NCBI GenBank assembly: GCA_038248405.1
Contig: JBBRXM010000020.1
Location: 136-64,135 of the forward strand
DNA length: 64,000 nt
Origin: Burkholderiales bacterium
GTDB lineage: Bacteria > Pseudomonadota > Gammaproteobacteria > Burkholderiales > Burkholderiaceae_D
Direction: 5' to 3'
Shown here: one piece after another, positions 1-8,910 of the stretch
Position numbering within the stretch: position 1 is the first letter of the stretch
Layout of the letters: every line of letters begins with the position of its first letter
Position numbers and translations under genes: made by a program
The notes under the pieces: model-generated
Seen by the model: only the letters and a program-made list of their open reading frames with translations
Database searches by the model: none
Told to the model about the DNA's origin: nothing

Positions 1-2081
1 CCGACAACACCGCCCGCAAGGAAGCCGAGGAGGCATTGATCCGCGCCGGCGCCCTGCAGACGGCCATCTTCAACAGCGCCAACTTCTCCAGCATCGCCAC
101 CGACGCCGCCGGCGTCATCCAGATCTTCAACGTCGGCGCCGAACGCATGCTCGGCTACACCGCGCTTGACGTCGTCGACAAGATCACGCCGGCCAACATC
201 TCCGACCCGCAGGAAGTGATCGAACGCGCCGAGTCGCTCAGCATGGAACTCGACGCGGCCATCTCGCCCGGCTTCGAAGCGCTGGTGTTCAAGGCCTCGC
301 GCGGCATCGAGGACATCTACGAGCTGACCTACATCCGCAAGGACGGCAGCCGCTTCCCCGCCATCGTCTCGGTCACCGCGCTGCGCGACGACCACGGCGC
401 CATCATCGGCTACCTGCTGATCGGCACCGACAACACCGCCCGCAAGCAGGTCGAGGAAGAACAGGCGCTGCTCGACCAGAGCCTGCGCGACCAGCAGTTC
501 TACACCCGCTCGCTGATCGAATCGAACATCGACGCCCTGATGACGACCGACCCGCGCGGCATCATCAGCGACGTCAACCACCAGATGGAAAAGCTGACCG
601 GCTGCACCCGCGACGAGCTGATCGGTGCGCCGTTCAAGAATTACTTCACCGACCAGAAACGGGCGGAAGCGGGCATCAAGCGCGTGCTGCGCGAAGGCAA
701 GGTCACCAATTACGAGCTGACGGCGCTGTCGCGCGACGGCACCGAAACGGTGGTGTCGTACAACGCCACCACCTTCTACGACCGCGACCGCAATCTGAAG
801 GGCGTGTTTGCCGCCGCCCGCGACGTCACCGACCGCAAGGTGTTCGAGCAGACGCTGCAGCTTAACAACGTGGAACTGGAAAGCGCCAAGGCAGCGGCGG
901 AAAAAGCCAACCTGGCGAAATCGGAGTTCCTGTCGAGCATGAGCCACGAACTGCGCACGCCGCTCAATGGCGTGCTCGGCTTCGCCCAGCTGATGCAGTC
1001 GGAAACGCCGTCGCCGACGCCGTCGCAGCAGCGCTCGATCCAGCACATCCTCAAGGGCGGCTGGTACCTGCTGCGCCTGATCAACGAAATTCTCGACCTG
1101 GCGATGATCGAGTCGGGCAAGGTCACCATTTCGCTCGAGCCGATGTGCCTGGCCGAAGTGCTGCAGGATTGCCGCGGGCTGATCGGCGCGCAGGCCAACA
1201 AGCGCGACATCGCGCTGGTGTTCCCCGACTTCAAGTCGCCCTGCTACGTGCACGCCGACCTGACGCGCGTCAAGCAAGTGATGATCAACCTGCTCTCGAA
1301 CGCCATCAAGTACAACCGCACCGGCGGCAGAGTCACGGTGCGCTGCGAGCCGTACGGCCAGGGCCGCGTGCGCGTGTACGTCAAGGACACCGGCGCCGGC
1401 CTGGCGCCTGAGCAGATCGCGCAGCTGTTCCAGCCGTTCAACCGGCTCGGCCAGGAAGCGGGCGCGGAGGAAGGTACCGGCATCGGCCTGGTCGTCACCA
1501 AGCAGCTCATAGAGCTGATGGGCGGCCAGATCGGCGTCGACAGCGCGCGCGGAGTCGGCACCGAATTCTGGGTCGAATTCGCCGCTGCCAGCGCACCCGT
1601 GCTGGCCGCGCCGGAAGCGGCGCCCGCCCTCAGCGACGCCGTGCCGGCGACGTCGCCGCTGCCGCCGCAGCAGCGCACCTTGCTCTACGTCGAAGACAAC
1701 CCGGCCAACCTGGCGCTGGTGGAGCTGCTGATCGAACGGCGCAGCGAGCTCAAGCTGCTGACCGCGATCAACGGCCACCTCGGCGTGGTGCTGGCGCGCG
1801 CCTGCCAGCCCGACGTGATCCTGATGGACATCAACCTGCCCGGCATGAGCGGCTTCGGCGCGCTCAAGATGCTGCAGAACGATCCGGCGACGTCGCACAT
1901 CCCGGTCATGGCGCTGTCGGCCAACGCGGTGCCGCGCGACATCGAAAAAGGCATCACCGCCGGCTTCTTCCGCTACCTGACCAAGCCGATCAACGTCGTT
2001 GAGTTCATGGATGCGCTCGACGTGGCGCTGCAGCACGCCGCGGCACATGGCCTGGGCGCGGAACACGAGGCCGGCAGCTGA
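1..2081 (+). CDS. Hybrid sensor histidine kinase/response regulator (PAS-PAS-HisKA-HATPase-REC), 5'-truncated by the window edge
   Basis: The frame is open from base 3 (DNTARKEAEE...). It has PAS/PAC motifs, H-box SMSHELRTPL, N-box NLLSNAIKY, G-boxes DTGAG and GTGIGL, and receiver motifs YVEDN...LMDINLP. Confidence 0.93.
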   Translation, partial: DNTARKEAEEALIRAGALQTAIFNSANFSSIATDAAGVIQIFNVGAERMLGYTALDVVDKITPANISDPQEVIERAESLSMELDAAISPGFEALVFKASRGIEDIYELTYIRKDGSRFPAIVSVTALRDDHGAIIGYLLIGTDNTARKQVEEEQALLDQSLRDQQFYTRSLIESNIDALMTTDPRGIISDVNHQMEKLTGCTRDELIGAPFKNYFTDQKRAEAGIKRVLREGKVTNYELTALSRDGTETVVSYNATTFYDRDRNLKGVFAAARDVTDRKVFEQTLQLNNVELESAKAAAEKANLAKSEFLSSMSHELRTPLNGVLGFAQLMQSETPSPTPSQQRSIQHILKGGWYLLRLINEILDLAMIESGKVTISLEPMCLAEVLQDCRGLIGAQANKRDIALVFPDFKSPCYVHADLTRVKQVMINLLSNAIKYNRTGGRVTVRCEPYGQGRVRVYVKDTGAGLAPEQIAQLFQPFNRLGQEAGAEEGTGIGLVVTKQLIELMGGQIGVDSARGVGTEFWVEFAAASAPVLAAPEAAPALSDAVPATSPLPPQQRTLLYVEDNPANLALVELLIERRSELKLLTAINGHLGVVLARACQPDVILMDINLPGMSGFGALKMLQNDPATSHIPVMALSANAVPRDIEKGITAGFFRYLTKPINVVEFMDALDVALQHAAAHGLGAEHEAGS

Positions 2082-2154
2082 TCCCCTGCGGACACCGCCG
2101 ATCGCCCTCGTTCCCTTGGGACGATAAGGCCCTGAAGGTCCGAGGGGCGCGCCA

Positions 2155-2499
2155 CTAGCCGTGCGCCTGGCGCGAATCGTCCGGAGCCCCGGCCCGCTCG
2201 CGCAGGCCGTAGTCGCGCATCACCTGCGCCACGCGCAGCCGATAGTCCTGGAAGATGCCCGCCCTGCCCTGCGCCTGGAACTGCCGGTGCAATGCACTGG
2301 TGCGCCACGCCCGCACCGCCTCCTCGTCGCGCCAGAACGACAGCGACAGGATCGCGCCCTCGTTCGTCAACGATGCGAAGCGCTCGATCGAAACGAAACC
2401 GTCCATCGCCTCCAGCTGCGGTCGCAATCGCGCCGCCGCGTCGAGGTAGTCCTGCCGCCGCGACGGCTCCGGCAGCACCTCGAAGATCACCGCGATCAC
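2155..2499 (-). CDS. Antibiotic biosynthesis monooxygenase (ABM) family protein
   Basis: 114 aa with MIAVIFEV...[11 protein letters not shown]...[16 protein letters not shown], typical of the ABM dimeric alpha/beta barrel. The GTG start overlaps the upstream stop (GTGA). Confidence 0.85.
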   Translation of the reverse strand: MIAVIFEVLPEPSRRQDYLDAAARLRPQLEAMDGFVSIERFASLTNEGAILSLSFWRDEEAVRAWRTSALHRQFQAQGRAGIFQDYRLRVAQVMRDYGLRERAGAPDDSRQAHG

Positions 2500-2825
2500 C
2501 GCGCCACCTGCTGCACGGTGCCGTCGACCGCCTCGAGGAAGCTGCGTTCCTCGCGCAGGATGAAACGGTGCTGCTGCGCCATCGCGAAATTGGCGCGGCC
2601 CTCCTCGTCGGTCTTCAGGCGAAGCCGGTAGGACTCGTAGGCGGCCAGGCTGTCGAACGAGACCAGCCCCCAGGCGAGGTCGTTACTGCCCTCGTGCGGC
2701 AGGAAGTAGCCGACCAGCTGGCCGCCGCAGCGCGGAATGATGCGGCCCCAGTTCTCGCAATAGCGCTTGAAGTGCTCGCGTTGAAACGGGTCGATCTGGT
2801 AGCGGATAAAACAGGTGATGGCCAT
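2496..2825 (-). CDS. NIPSNAP family protein
   Basis: 109 aa from the ATG at 2825: [11 protein letters not shown]...[21 protein letters not shown]...[11 protein letters not shown]. It is translationally coupled to the ABM gene. Confidence 0.82.
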   Translation of the reverse strand: MAITCFIRYQIDPFQREHFKRYCENWGRIIPRCGGQLVGYFLPHEGSNDLAWGLVSFDSLAAYESYRLRLKTDEEGRANFAMAQQHRFILREERSFLEAVDGTVQQVAR

Positions 2826-2868
2826 GTGCGTTCCCTCTGTGTGCGATGTGAGCGACCACGATACAAGC

Positions 2869-2906
2869 TTGCCGGTCGATGATGCTTCGGCTAAGATCGA
2901 AGCATG
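2869..2906 (+). promoter_or_regulatory. Putative sigma70 promoter (TTGCCG-N17-TAAGAT) with an overlapping inverted-repeat operator ATGCTTCG-N8-CGAAGCAT
   Basis: -35 at 2869-2874 and -10 at 2892-2897. The perfect 8-bp arms at 2882-2889 and 2898-2905 cover the ArsR start codon. Confidence 0.6.
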
Positions 2907-3602
2907 AAAGACGGCCCCAATATCACCAGCATCGCCGCCCTCGTCGGCGACCACGCCCGCGCCGAAGCGCTCACCGCGCTCATGTCCGGCATGGCGCTGA
3001 CCGCCACCGAACTGGCCGAGGTGGCCGGCGTCACCCGGCAGACCATCAGCGGCCACCTGGCCAAACTGGTCGAGGCGCGCCTGCTGGTGGTCGAGGCGCA
3101 GGGCCGCCACCGCTACTTCCGGCTGGCCGACCCCGACGTCGCACAACTGCTCGAGTCGCTGATGAACGTGGCGTTTCGGAGTGGCGCGCTGCGCCTTCGC
3201 TCGAGCCCGCGCGAACCGGCATTGCGTCGTGCGCGCGTGTGCTACGACCACCTGGCCGGTGAACTGGGCGTGCTGGTGTACGACAGCATGGCGCAAGCGG
3301 GCGCCTTCACCATCGACGCCAGCGGCGTTACCCTCACCGGCGGCGGCCGTCGCCACGTCGCCGGGCTCGGCATTGACGTCGACGCACTGGCCGGCACGCG
3401 CCGGCCGCTGTGCCGCACCTGTCTCGACTGGAGCGAGCGGCGCCACCACCTGGCCGGCTCGCTCGGCAGCGCGCTGCTGGCGCGCTTCGAGCAGCTGGGC
3501 TGGGCCAGCCGCATCAAGGACTCGCGCGTGATCGCCTTTACCGGCGCCGGCGAACAGGCGCTGCGCGCGTGGAGCGTGTCGCCGGCCACGCAGTGTGCCT
3601 GA
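2904..3602 (+). CDS. ArsR/SmtB family winged-helix transcriptional regulator (extended type)
   Basis: N-terminal HTH ([23 protein letters not shown]...[10 protein letters not shown]) and a C-terminal domain with CYDHLAG and [13 protein letters not shown]. Divergent from NIPSNAP/ABM. Confidence 0.88.
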   Translation: MKDGPNITSIAALVGDHARAEALTALMSGMALTATELAEVAGVTRQTISGHLAKLVEARLLVVEAQGRHRYFRLADPDVAQLLESLMNVAFRSGALRLRSSPREPALRRARVCYDHLAGELGVLVYDSMAQAGAFTIDASGVTLTGGGRRHVAGLGIDVDALAGTRRPLCRTCLDWSERRHHLAGSLGSALLARFEQLGWASRIKDSRVIAFTGAGEQALRAWSVSPATQCA

Positions 3603-3626
3603 CGACGAAGTATTGACCGCGCGCAG

Positions 3627-4697
3627 CTAGTGCTCGTGGCGGTGATGGATATCCGGATAATGGGGATGGCTGTGCTTCATGGCGACATGCCGGTGGGCGT
3701 GCGCATGCGGCGTGCTGCCGTCCCAGGCGAAGTCGTGCTCGTGCTGGTGGTGCTCGTCGTGGCTGTGCACGTGCGCGTGTTCCATCGGCTCGTGCTCGTG
3801 TTCGTGGGCGTGCGACTCGGTCAGGTGCAGCCAGATGCCGCCCGCCATCAGCGCCGCCGCGGCCCAGAACAGCAGGCCCGGAGCGTCGCCCGGCATCGCC
3901 AGCGAGATGACGGCGCCGACGAAGGGCGCCGCCGAAAAATAGGCGCCGGTGCGCGCGGTGCCGAGATGGCGCAGCGCCAGCACGAACAGCACCAGGCTCA
4001 AGCCGTAGCCGAGAAAGCCGACCGCGCCGGCCGCCAGCACGGTGTCCGCCGCCGGCAGGCGGAAGCCGAGCCCGTAGGCGATGGCACAGTTGACCGTTCC
4101 GGCTGCCAGCCCCTTGAGGGTGGCGATCTGCAGCGGATCGCTGGCCGACACCTTGCGCGTGAGGTTGTTGTCGACCGCCCAGCACAGGCAGGCGCCGACG
4201 ATCGCCAGCGCACCCCACGGCACGCCCAGCACGGGAACCTGCTCCCAGCCCAGCAACGCGCCGGCCAGCACGATCATCAGCATGCCGGCAAAGATGCGGC
4301 GGTCGAAGTTTTCCTTGAACACGAACCAGGCCAGCATGGCCGTCAGCACGCCTTCCATGTTCAGCAGCAAAGAGGCCGACGAGGCCGGCGTCAGGCTCAG
4401 CCCTGTCATCAGCAATACCGGTCCGGCGATGCCGCCGGCGGCGATCGCCCCGGCCAGCCACGGGTAGTCCGGGGCGGTCAGCGCCACCGGCCGCTCGCCG
4501 CCCTCGCGGCGAAACAGCGCGCGGGCGGCAAAGCAGGCGAGCAGGCCAATGCCGCTGCCCAGGTACAGCAGGCCCGCCAGCGCCACCGGCGCTACCGCGC
4601 CGACCAGCGTCTTCGCGAAGGGTGTGCTGGCGCCGAACAAGGCCGCCGCCAGCAAGGCGTACACCACGCCGACGCGCGGCATCGATAATCCATTCAT
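3627..4697 (-). CDS. DMT/EamA family transporter with a His-rich C-terminal tail
   Basis: About 10 hydrophobic segments with EamA-like motifs (ASLLLNMEGVLTA, ARTGAYFSAAPFVG), followed by a tail HAHEHEH...HPHYPDIHHRHEH. Start placed at the ATG at 4697. Confidence 0.85.
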   Translation of the reverse strand: MNGLSMPRVGVVYALLAAALFGASTPFAKTLVGAVAPVALAGLLYLGSGIGLLACFAARALFRREGGERPVALTAPDYPWLAGAIAAGGIAGPVLLMTGLSLTPASSASLLLNMEGVLTAMLAWFVFKENFDRRIFAGMLMIVLAGALLGWEQVPVLGVPWGALAIVGACLCWAVDNNLTRKVSASDPLQIATLKGLAAGTVNCAIAYGLGFRLPAADTVLAAGAVGFLGYGLSLVLFVLALRHLGTARTGAYFSAAPFVGAVISLAMPGDAPGLLFWAAAALMAGGIWLHLTESHAHEHEHEPMEHAHVHSHDEHHQHEHDFAWDGSTPHAHAHRHVAMKHSHPHYPDIHHRHEH

Positions 4698-4896
4698 TGC
4701 AGGTTCCCGCCGAAAGCGATCAGGGATGCATTCTAATGCGGGCGCGGCATGCGTGGGTGTGCATTCCGCAATCGAATTTTCATGCAGCGGCGTCATCAAG
4801 GCGTCATCCGGCGGCGCTACGATGTTCCTGTTCGTGGCGCGGATGCGCGCCGCGACAGCTTTGTCCGGTCAGCTCGAGCACCGGGCACCAATACCA

Positions 4897-4922
4897 AGAA
4901 AGCTCCCTCGCGGGAGCTTTCT
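4897..4922 (-). terminator. Intrinsic terminator hairpin
   Basis: AGAAAGCTCCC-TCGC-GGGAGCTTTCT, a perfect 11-bp stem 17 bp past the stop of the 4939-5280 gene. Confidence 0.65.
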
Positions 4923-4938
4923 GCACTTCGCCGCCCGG

Positions 4939-5280
4939 TCAGCGGCGGCCATCCCAGCGGCCGTCGCCGTGCCGGTGCTCCTCGCGCCAGTGGTGGCGGC
5001 GCCACTGTTCACGCCGCCAGTGTTCGCGGCGCAGCCATTCCTCGCGTCGCAGTTCGGCTTCGCGGCGGGCGCGCCAGTCGTGGCGGTGGCGATAGGCCGG
5101 CTCGACGTAATAGCCCGGTGCGGCCACGTAATAGCCGGGGGCCGGTCCGTACAGGGGTTGAACTCGCTGCACCGGGACGCCGCTGTAGATGCCCACGTGT
5201 ACCTGGGTCGATGCCGATGCCGCTTGCGAAGTGGCCAGCGCGACAGCGCCGATGGCCAATGCTTTCATCAAGATGTTCAT
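4939..5280 (-). CDS. Small exported hypothetical protein (PXPV/YXWGXW-like, with an Arg/Glu/Trp/His-rich tail)
   Basis: Signal peptide MNILMKALAIGAVALATSQAASA, then a Pro/Tyr repeat segment (APGYYV twice) and RREEW/RREHW/RREQW repeats. A terminator follows. Confidence 0.65.
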   Translation of the reverse strand: MNILMKALAIGAVALATSQAASASTQVHVGIYSGVPVQRVQPLYGPAPGYYVAAPGYYVEPAYRHRHDWRARREAELRREEWLRREHWRREQWRRHHWREEHRHGDGRWDGRR

Positions 5281-5535
5281 GGTGGTTCCTTTCATGCTGC
5301 CGATTCGGTCTGCCCGTTGCAGATGAAGCTACTGTAGGCCAGCGCCGGCCACGGCGGTGCTAGCAGTCGGCAACATTTGTAACATCCCGTAAAGTGACGC
5401 CCGGACAGGCGGCACGTTTTCCTACGCCGCCGGCAGTCGAGTTCCTATGTGCAGACTGTTATGCGCACGCCATCATTGGGTCACCGGTTGTGTCCGTTCA
5501 CGGACACGCAGCCACGAACAACACAGGAGATAAAT

Positions 5536-5715
5536 ATGAGCAACCAACACCAGAGCGGCAAAGATACGGATCACAGCGACAGCGTGCGCTCCACCCAGGG
5601 TTCGGACGCCGCGCAGAAGTCCGGCAACCAGGGCGCCGGCAGCCAGGGCAACCAGCAGACGCCGAAAGACGGCAACACCGAGGGCGGCAAGGCGTCGGGG
5701 CCGGGCAAGACCTGA
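5536..5715 (+). CDS. Small hydrophilic, low-complexity hypothetical protein (59 aa)
   Basis: Strong SD (AGGAGA) before the ATG at 5536. The sequence is rich in G/S/Q/N/K/D with no hydrophobic core, and a terminator follows. Confidence 0.6.
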   Translation: MSNQHQSGKDTDHSDSVRSTQGSDAAQKSGNQGAGSQGNQQTPKDGNTEGGKASGPGKT

Positions 5716-5733
5716 TTGGCCCGGATACACAAA

Positions 5734-5765
5734 AACGCCCGTGCGCCAAGCGGCCCACGGGCGTT
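5734..5765. terminator. Probable bidirectional terminator
   Basis: AACGCCCGTG...CACGGGCGTT, a 10-bp stem with A/T flanks, between convergent genes. Confidence 0.6.
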
Positions 5766-5781
5766 ATTACGTGCGCGCGCC

Positions 5782-7281
5782 TTACGCCGGGCGCTGGCGG
5801 AAGTGCTCGCGCGCCGAACCGATCAGCGACCACGCCAGGCCCAGCACTGCCAGCGTCATGATGGTACCGACCAGGCCGTTTTCCCAGAAAATGCCCAGTC
5901 CGCCGCGCGAGGCCAGCATGCTCTGGCGGAAGGCGTCTTCCGCGCGGTCGCCCAGCACCAGCGCCAGCACCAGCGGCGCCAGCGGATAGTCGAGCTTCTT
6001 GAAGACGTAGCCGACGATGCCGAAGGCCAGCATCAGCCAGATGTCGAACTCGGCGTTGTGGACGGTGAAGGCGCCGATGGCGCACACCACCAGGATCACC
6101 GGCGCGATGATCGAGAACGGGATGCGCAGGATGGCGGCAAACAGCGGTACCGACGCCAGCACGATGATCAGGCCGGCGATGTTACCGAGGTACATGCTGG
6201 CGATCAGGCCCCATACAAAATCCTTCTGCTCGACGAACAGCAAAGGACCAGGCTGCAGGCCCCAGATCATCAGGCCGCCCAGCAGCACCGCGGCGGTGGC
6301 CGAGCCGGGAATGCCGAGCGCCAGCATCGGCAGCAAGGCGCTGGTGCCGGCTGCGTGCGCGGCCGTTTCCGGCGCCAGCACGCCTTCGACGTTGCCCTTG
6401 CCGAAGCTGTTCGGATCCTTCGACAATTTCTTGGCCACGCCGTAGCCCATGAACGAGGCGGCCGTGGCGCCGCCGGGCGTAATGCCCAGCCAGCAGCCGA
6501 TCGCCGACGAACGCATCAGCGTGGCGAAGTGGCGCGGCATCTTGGCCCAGGTCTTGATGACCACTTTCAGGTCGATCTTGCCGTTCTTGCCGCGAAACGC
6601 CAGCCCCTCCTCGATCGTCATCAGGATTTCGCTGATGCCGAACAGGCCGATGACGGCCACCAGGAAATCGAAGCCGCGCAGCAGTTGCGGTGCGCCGTAG
6701 GTCATGCGCAGCTGGCCGGAGATAGTGTCGAGGCCGACTGCGGCGAGCACGAAGCCGACGCACATGGCGATGACGATCTTGCCCTTCGGTTCCTTGCCCA
6801 TGCCGATGAAGCTGCAGAAGGTCAGGAAGTAGACGGCGAAAAATTCGGGCGGCCCGAACCTGAGCGCGAACTTGGCCACCAGCGGCGCCAGGAAGGTGAT
6901 CATCAGCACCCCGACCAGCGCGCCGATGAAGGAACCGGTGAAGGCGCTGGTGAGCGCTTCGCCGGCGCGGCCTTGTTGCGCCATCGGGTAGCCGTCGAAG
7001 GTGGTGGCCACCGACCACGCCTCCCCAGGGATATTAAACAGGATCGAGGTGATGGCGCCGCCGAACAGCGCGCCCCAGTAGATGCACGAGAGCAGGATGA
7101 TGGCCGAGGTCGGGTTCATCGCGAACGTCAGCGGCAGCAGGATCGCCACCCCGTTCGGCCCGCCCAGGCCGGGCAGCACCCCCACCACGATTCCCAGCAA
7201 GATCCCGATGATCATCAGCCCGGTGTTTTGCCAGGACAGCACGATCGAAAAACCATGCATCAGTGAATTGAAGTCATCCAT
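5782..7281 (-). CDS. tctA: Tripartite tricarboxylate transporter, large permease TctA
   Basis: 499 aa polytopic membrane protein with TctA signatures (VGVLPGLG, SILFNIPGE, TFDGYPMAQQG, LALGIPGS). Confidence 0.93.
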   Translation of the reverse strand: MDDFNSLMHGFSIVLSWQNTGLMIIGILLGIVVGVLPGLGGPNGVAILLPLTFAMNPTSAIILLSCIYWGALFGGAITSILFNIPGEAWSVATTFDGYPMAQQGRAGEALTSAFTGSFIGALVGVLMITFLAPLVAKFALRFGPPEFFAVYFLTFCSFIGMGKEPKGKIVIAMCVGFVLAAVGLDTISGQLRMTYGAPQLLRGFDFLVAVIGLFGISEILMTIEEGLAFRGKNGKIDLKVVIKTWAKMPRHFATLMRSSAIGCWLGITPGGATAASFMGYGVAKKLSKDPNSFGKGNVEGVLAPETAAHAAGTSALLPMLALGIPGSATAAVLLGGLMIWGLQPGPLLFVEQKDFVWGLIASMYLGNIAGLIIVLASVPLFAAILRIPFSIIAPVILVVCAIGAFTVHNAEFDIWLMLAFGIVGYVFKKLDYPLAPLVLALVLGDRAEDAFRQSMLASRGGLGIFWENGLVGTIMTLAVLGLAWSLIGSAREHFRQRPA

Positions 7282-7294
7282 TGCAAGAATCCGA

Positions 7295-7813
7295 TCAGTA
7301 GCCGAGCAGGTGTTCGAGCGGCCCTTTCGGGAGCGGCACCTTGAACATGATTTCGAAAGTCCAGAACAGCACCAGGTTGATGATGACGGCCGTCACCAGC
7401 GAGCGCGGCCAGCCGAACTTGCCCACCAGGCGCATGAAGATGCCGATGAACAGCGCCGAGGCGACGTAGATGCCGATGAACTTGATGGCCGCGATGTAGA
7501 CGATCAGCGGCAGCAGCACGGTGGCGACCAGTTTGAGCTGGGTCTGCTCGACGAAGGGCGAGCGGTCGTTCCTGGCGAACCCCTGGTAGATGACGACGAT
7601 GCTGGCGATGAAGATCGCCACCCCCATGCGCATCGGGAAGTAGCCCGCCTGCGGGCCTTCATCGCCCCAGCCCGCTCCCAGCCGGTAATTGGTGATGATG
7701 GCCAGCAGCCCGAACGCCATCACGATGAAGCCGACGGCGATTTCGGCGGTCCGCCTGGTGATGACCGCCGGCGACGGCGCGACACTGCCGTGGATCTCTT
7801 CCTGGGTGCTCAT
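7295..7813 (-). CDS. tctB: Tripartite tricarboxylate transporter, small permease TctB
   Basis: 172 aa with about 4-5 TM segments, GPQAGYFP and a C-terminal FKVPLPKG. It lies between tctC and tctA. Confidence 0.85.
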   Translation of the reverse strand: MSTQEEIHGSVAPSPAVITRRTAEIAVGFIVMAFGLLAIITNYRLGAGWGDEGPQAGYFPMRMGVAIFIASIVVIYQGFARNDRSPFVEQTQLKLVATVLLPLIVYIAAIKFIGIYVASALFIGIFMRLVGKFGWPRSLVTAVIINLVLFWTFEIMFKVPLPKGPLEHLLGY

Positions 7814-7840
7814 GGTGTGCCCTTGATTGTCCTGGTGAGT

Positions 7841-8842
7841 TTATTGCGCGAGGAAGCCGGCCGACTTCATGATCTCGCGGTGCGCCTGTTCATCCTTGGC
7901 CATGTAGGCGCGCAGTTCCTCGCCCACCATCACGGTCGGCTTGAGCGCATTGTTCTTGACGTAGGCCTTCCATTCCGGCGTGGCGATCACCTTCTGCATC
8001 AGTTCGACGTAGAACTTGGTCACTTCCGGCGCGACCTTGCCCGGCAACATGAACACGCGCAGCATCTGGTACTGGACGTCGAGGCCCTTTTCCTTGCAGG
8101 TCGGCACGTCCGCCCAGCTCTGGGTCTCGGTGACCTTGTCGGTGTAGCTGCTGCGCTTGTCGGCGAACAGGCACAGCGCGCGATGCTGGCCGGCGCGCCA
8201 CTGCGAGATCGACTCGGACGGGTTGTTGGTGTTCGAATCGATGTGCTTGCCCGACAGCTGGGTGGCCGCCTCGCCGCCGCCCTTGTAAGGAATGAAGATG
8301 AATTTGACGCCGGCCTTCTTCTCGACCATCGCGGTGATGATGTGGTCTTCGCGCTTGGAGCTGGTGCCGCCCATCTTGAATTTGGTCGGCGTCTTCTTGA
8401 CGTCGTTGAGGTAGTCCATCGGCGTCTTGTACGGCGTGTCGCTGTTGACCCAGAAGACGAATTCGTCCTGCGCCACCATCGCCACCGGCGTCAGGTCGCG
8501 CCAGTTGAACGGCAGCCCGGTCGCCAGCGGCACCGTGTACAGTCCCGACGACGACACCACCATCCGGTGGGCGTCGCCCGGCGTGTTCTGAATGTCGAGC
8601 AAGCCCTCGGCGCCGCTGGCGCCGGCCTTGTTCTGGACGATGACGGGCTGGTTCATCAGCTTGTTCTTGGTGATGATGCCCTGGATCGAACGGGCCATCT
8701 GGTCGGTGGCGCCGCCGGCGCCGAACGGCACGATGAACTCGACCGACTTGGTCGGCTCCCATGCGTGGGCCGCGGTGGCGTGGCACATGCCAAGGGCTAA
8801 ACCTGCGATCGCGAGGGTGTGCTTGATGGTGGGGCTGTTCAT
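7841..8842 (-). CDS. tctC: TctC/Bug family periplasmic substrate-binding protein
   Basis: Signal peptide, then WEPTKSVEFIVPFGAGGATD, VQNKAGASG and IPYKGGGEA. Start at the ATG at 8842. Confidence 0.9.
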   Translation of the reverse strand: MNSPTIKHTLAIAGLALGMCHATAAHAWEPTKSVEFIVPFGAGGATDQMARSIQGIITKNKLMNQPVIVQNKAGASGAEGLLDIQNTPGDAHRMVVSSSGLYTVPLATGLPFNWRDLTPVAMVAQDEFVFWVNSDTPYKTPMDYLNDVKKTPTKFKMGGTSSKREDHIITAMVEKKAGVKFIFIPYKGGGEAATQLSGKHIDSNTNNPSESISQWRAGQHRALCLFADKRSSYTDKVTETQSWADVPTCKEKGLDVQYQMLRVFMLPGKVAPEVTKFYVELMQKVIATPEWKAYVKNNALKPTVMVGEELRAYMAKDEQAHREIMKSAGFLAQ

Positions 8843-8910
8843 GTTGTCGTCTCCTGTGCGGCTGTGGCCGCTTTTGTGGTGGGTACTCACTACAATCGGA
8901 TGCTGCAAGT

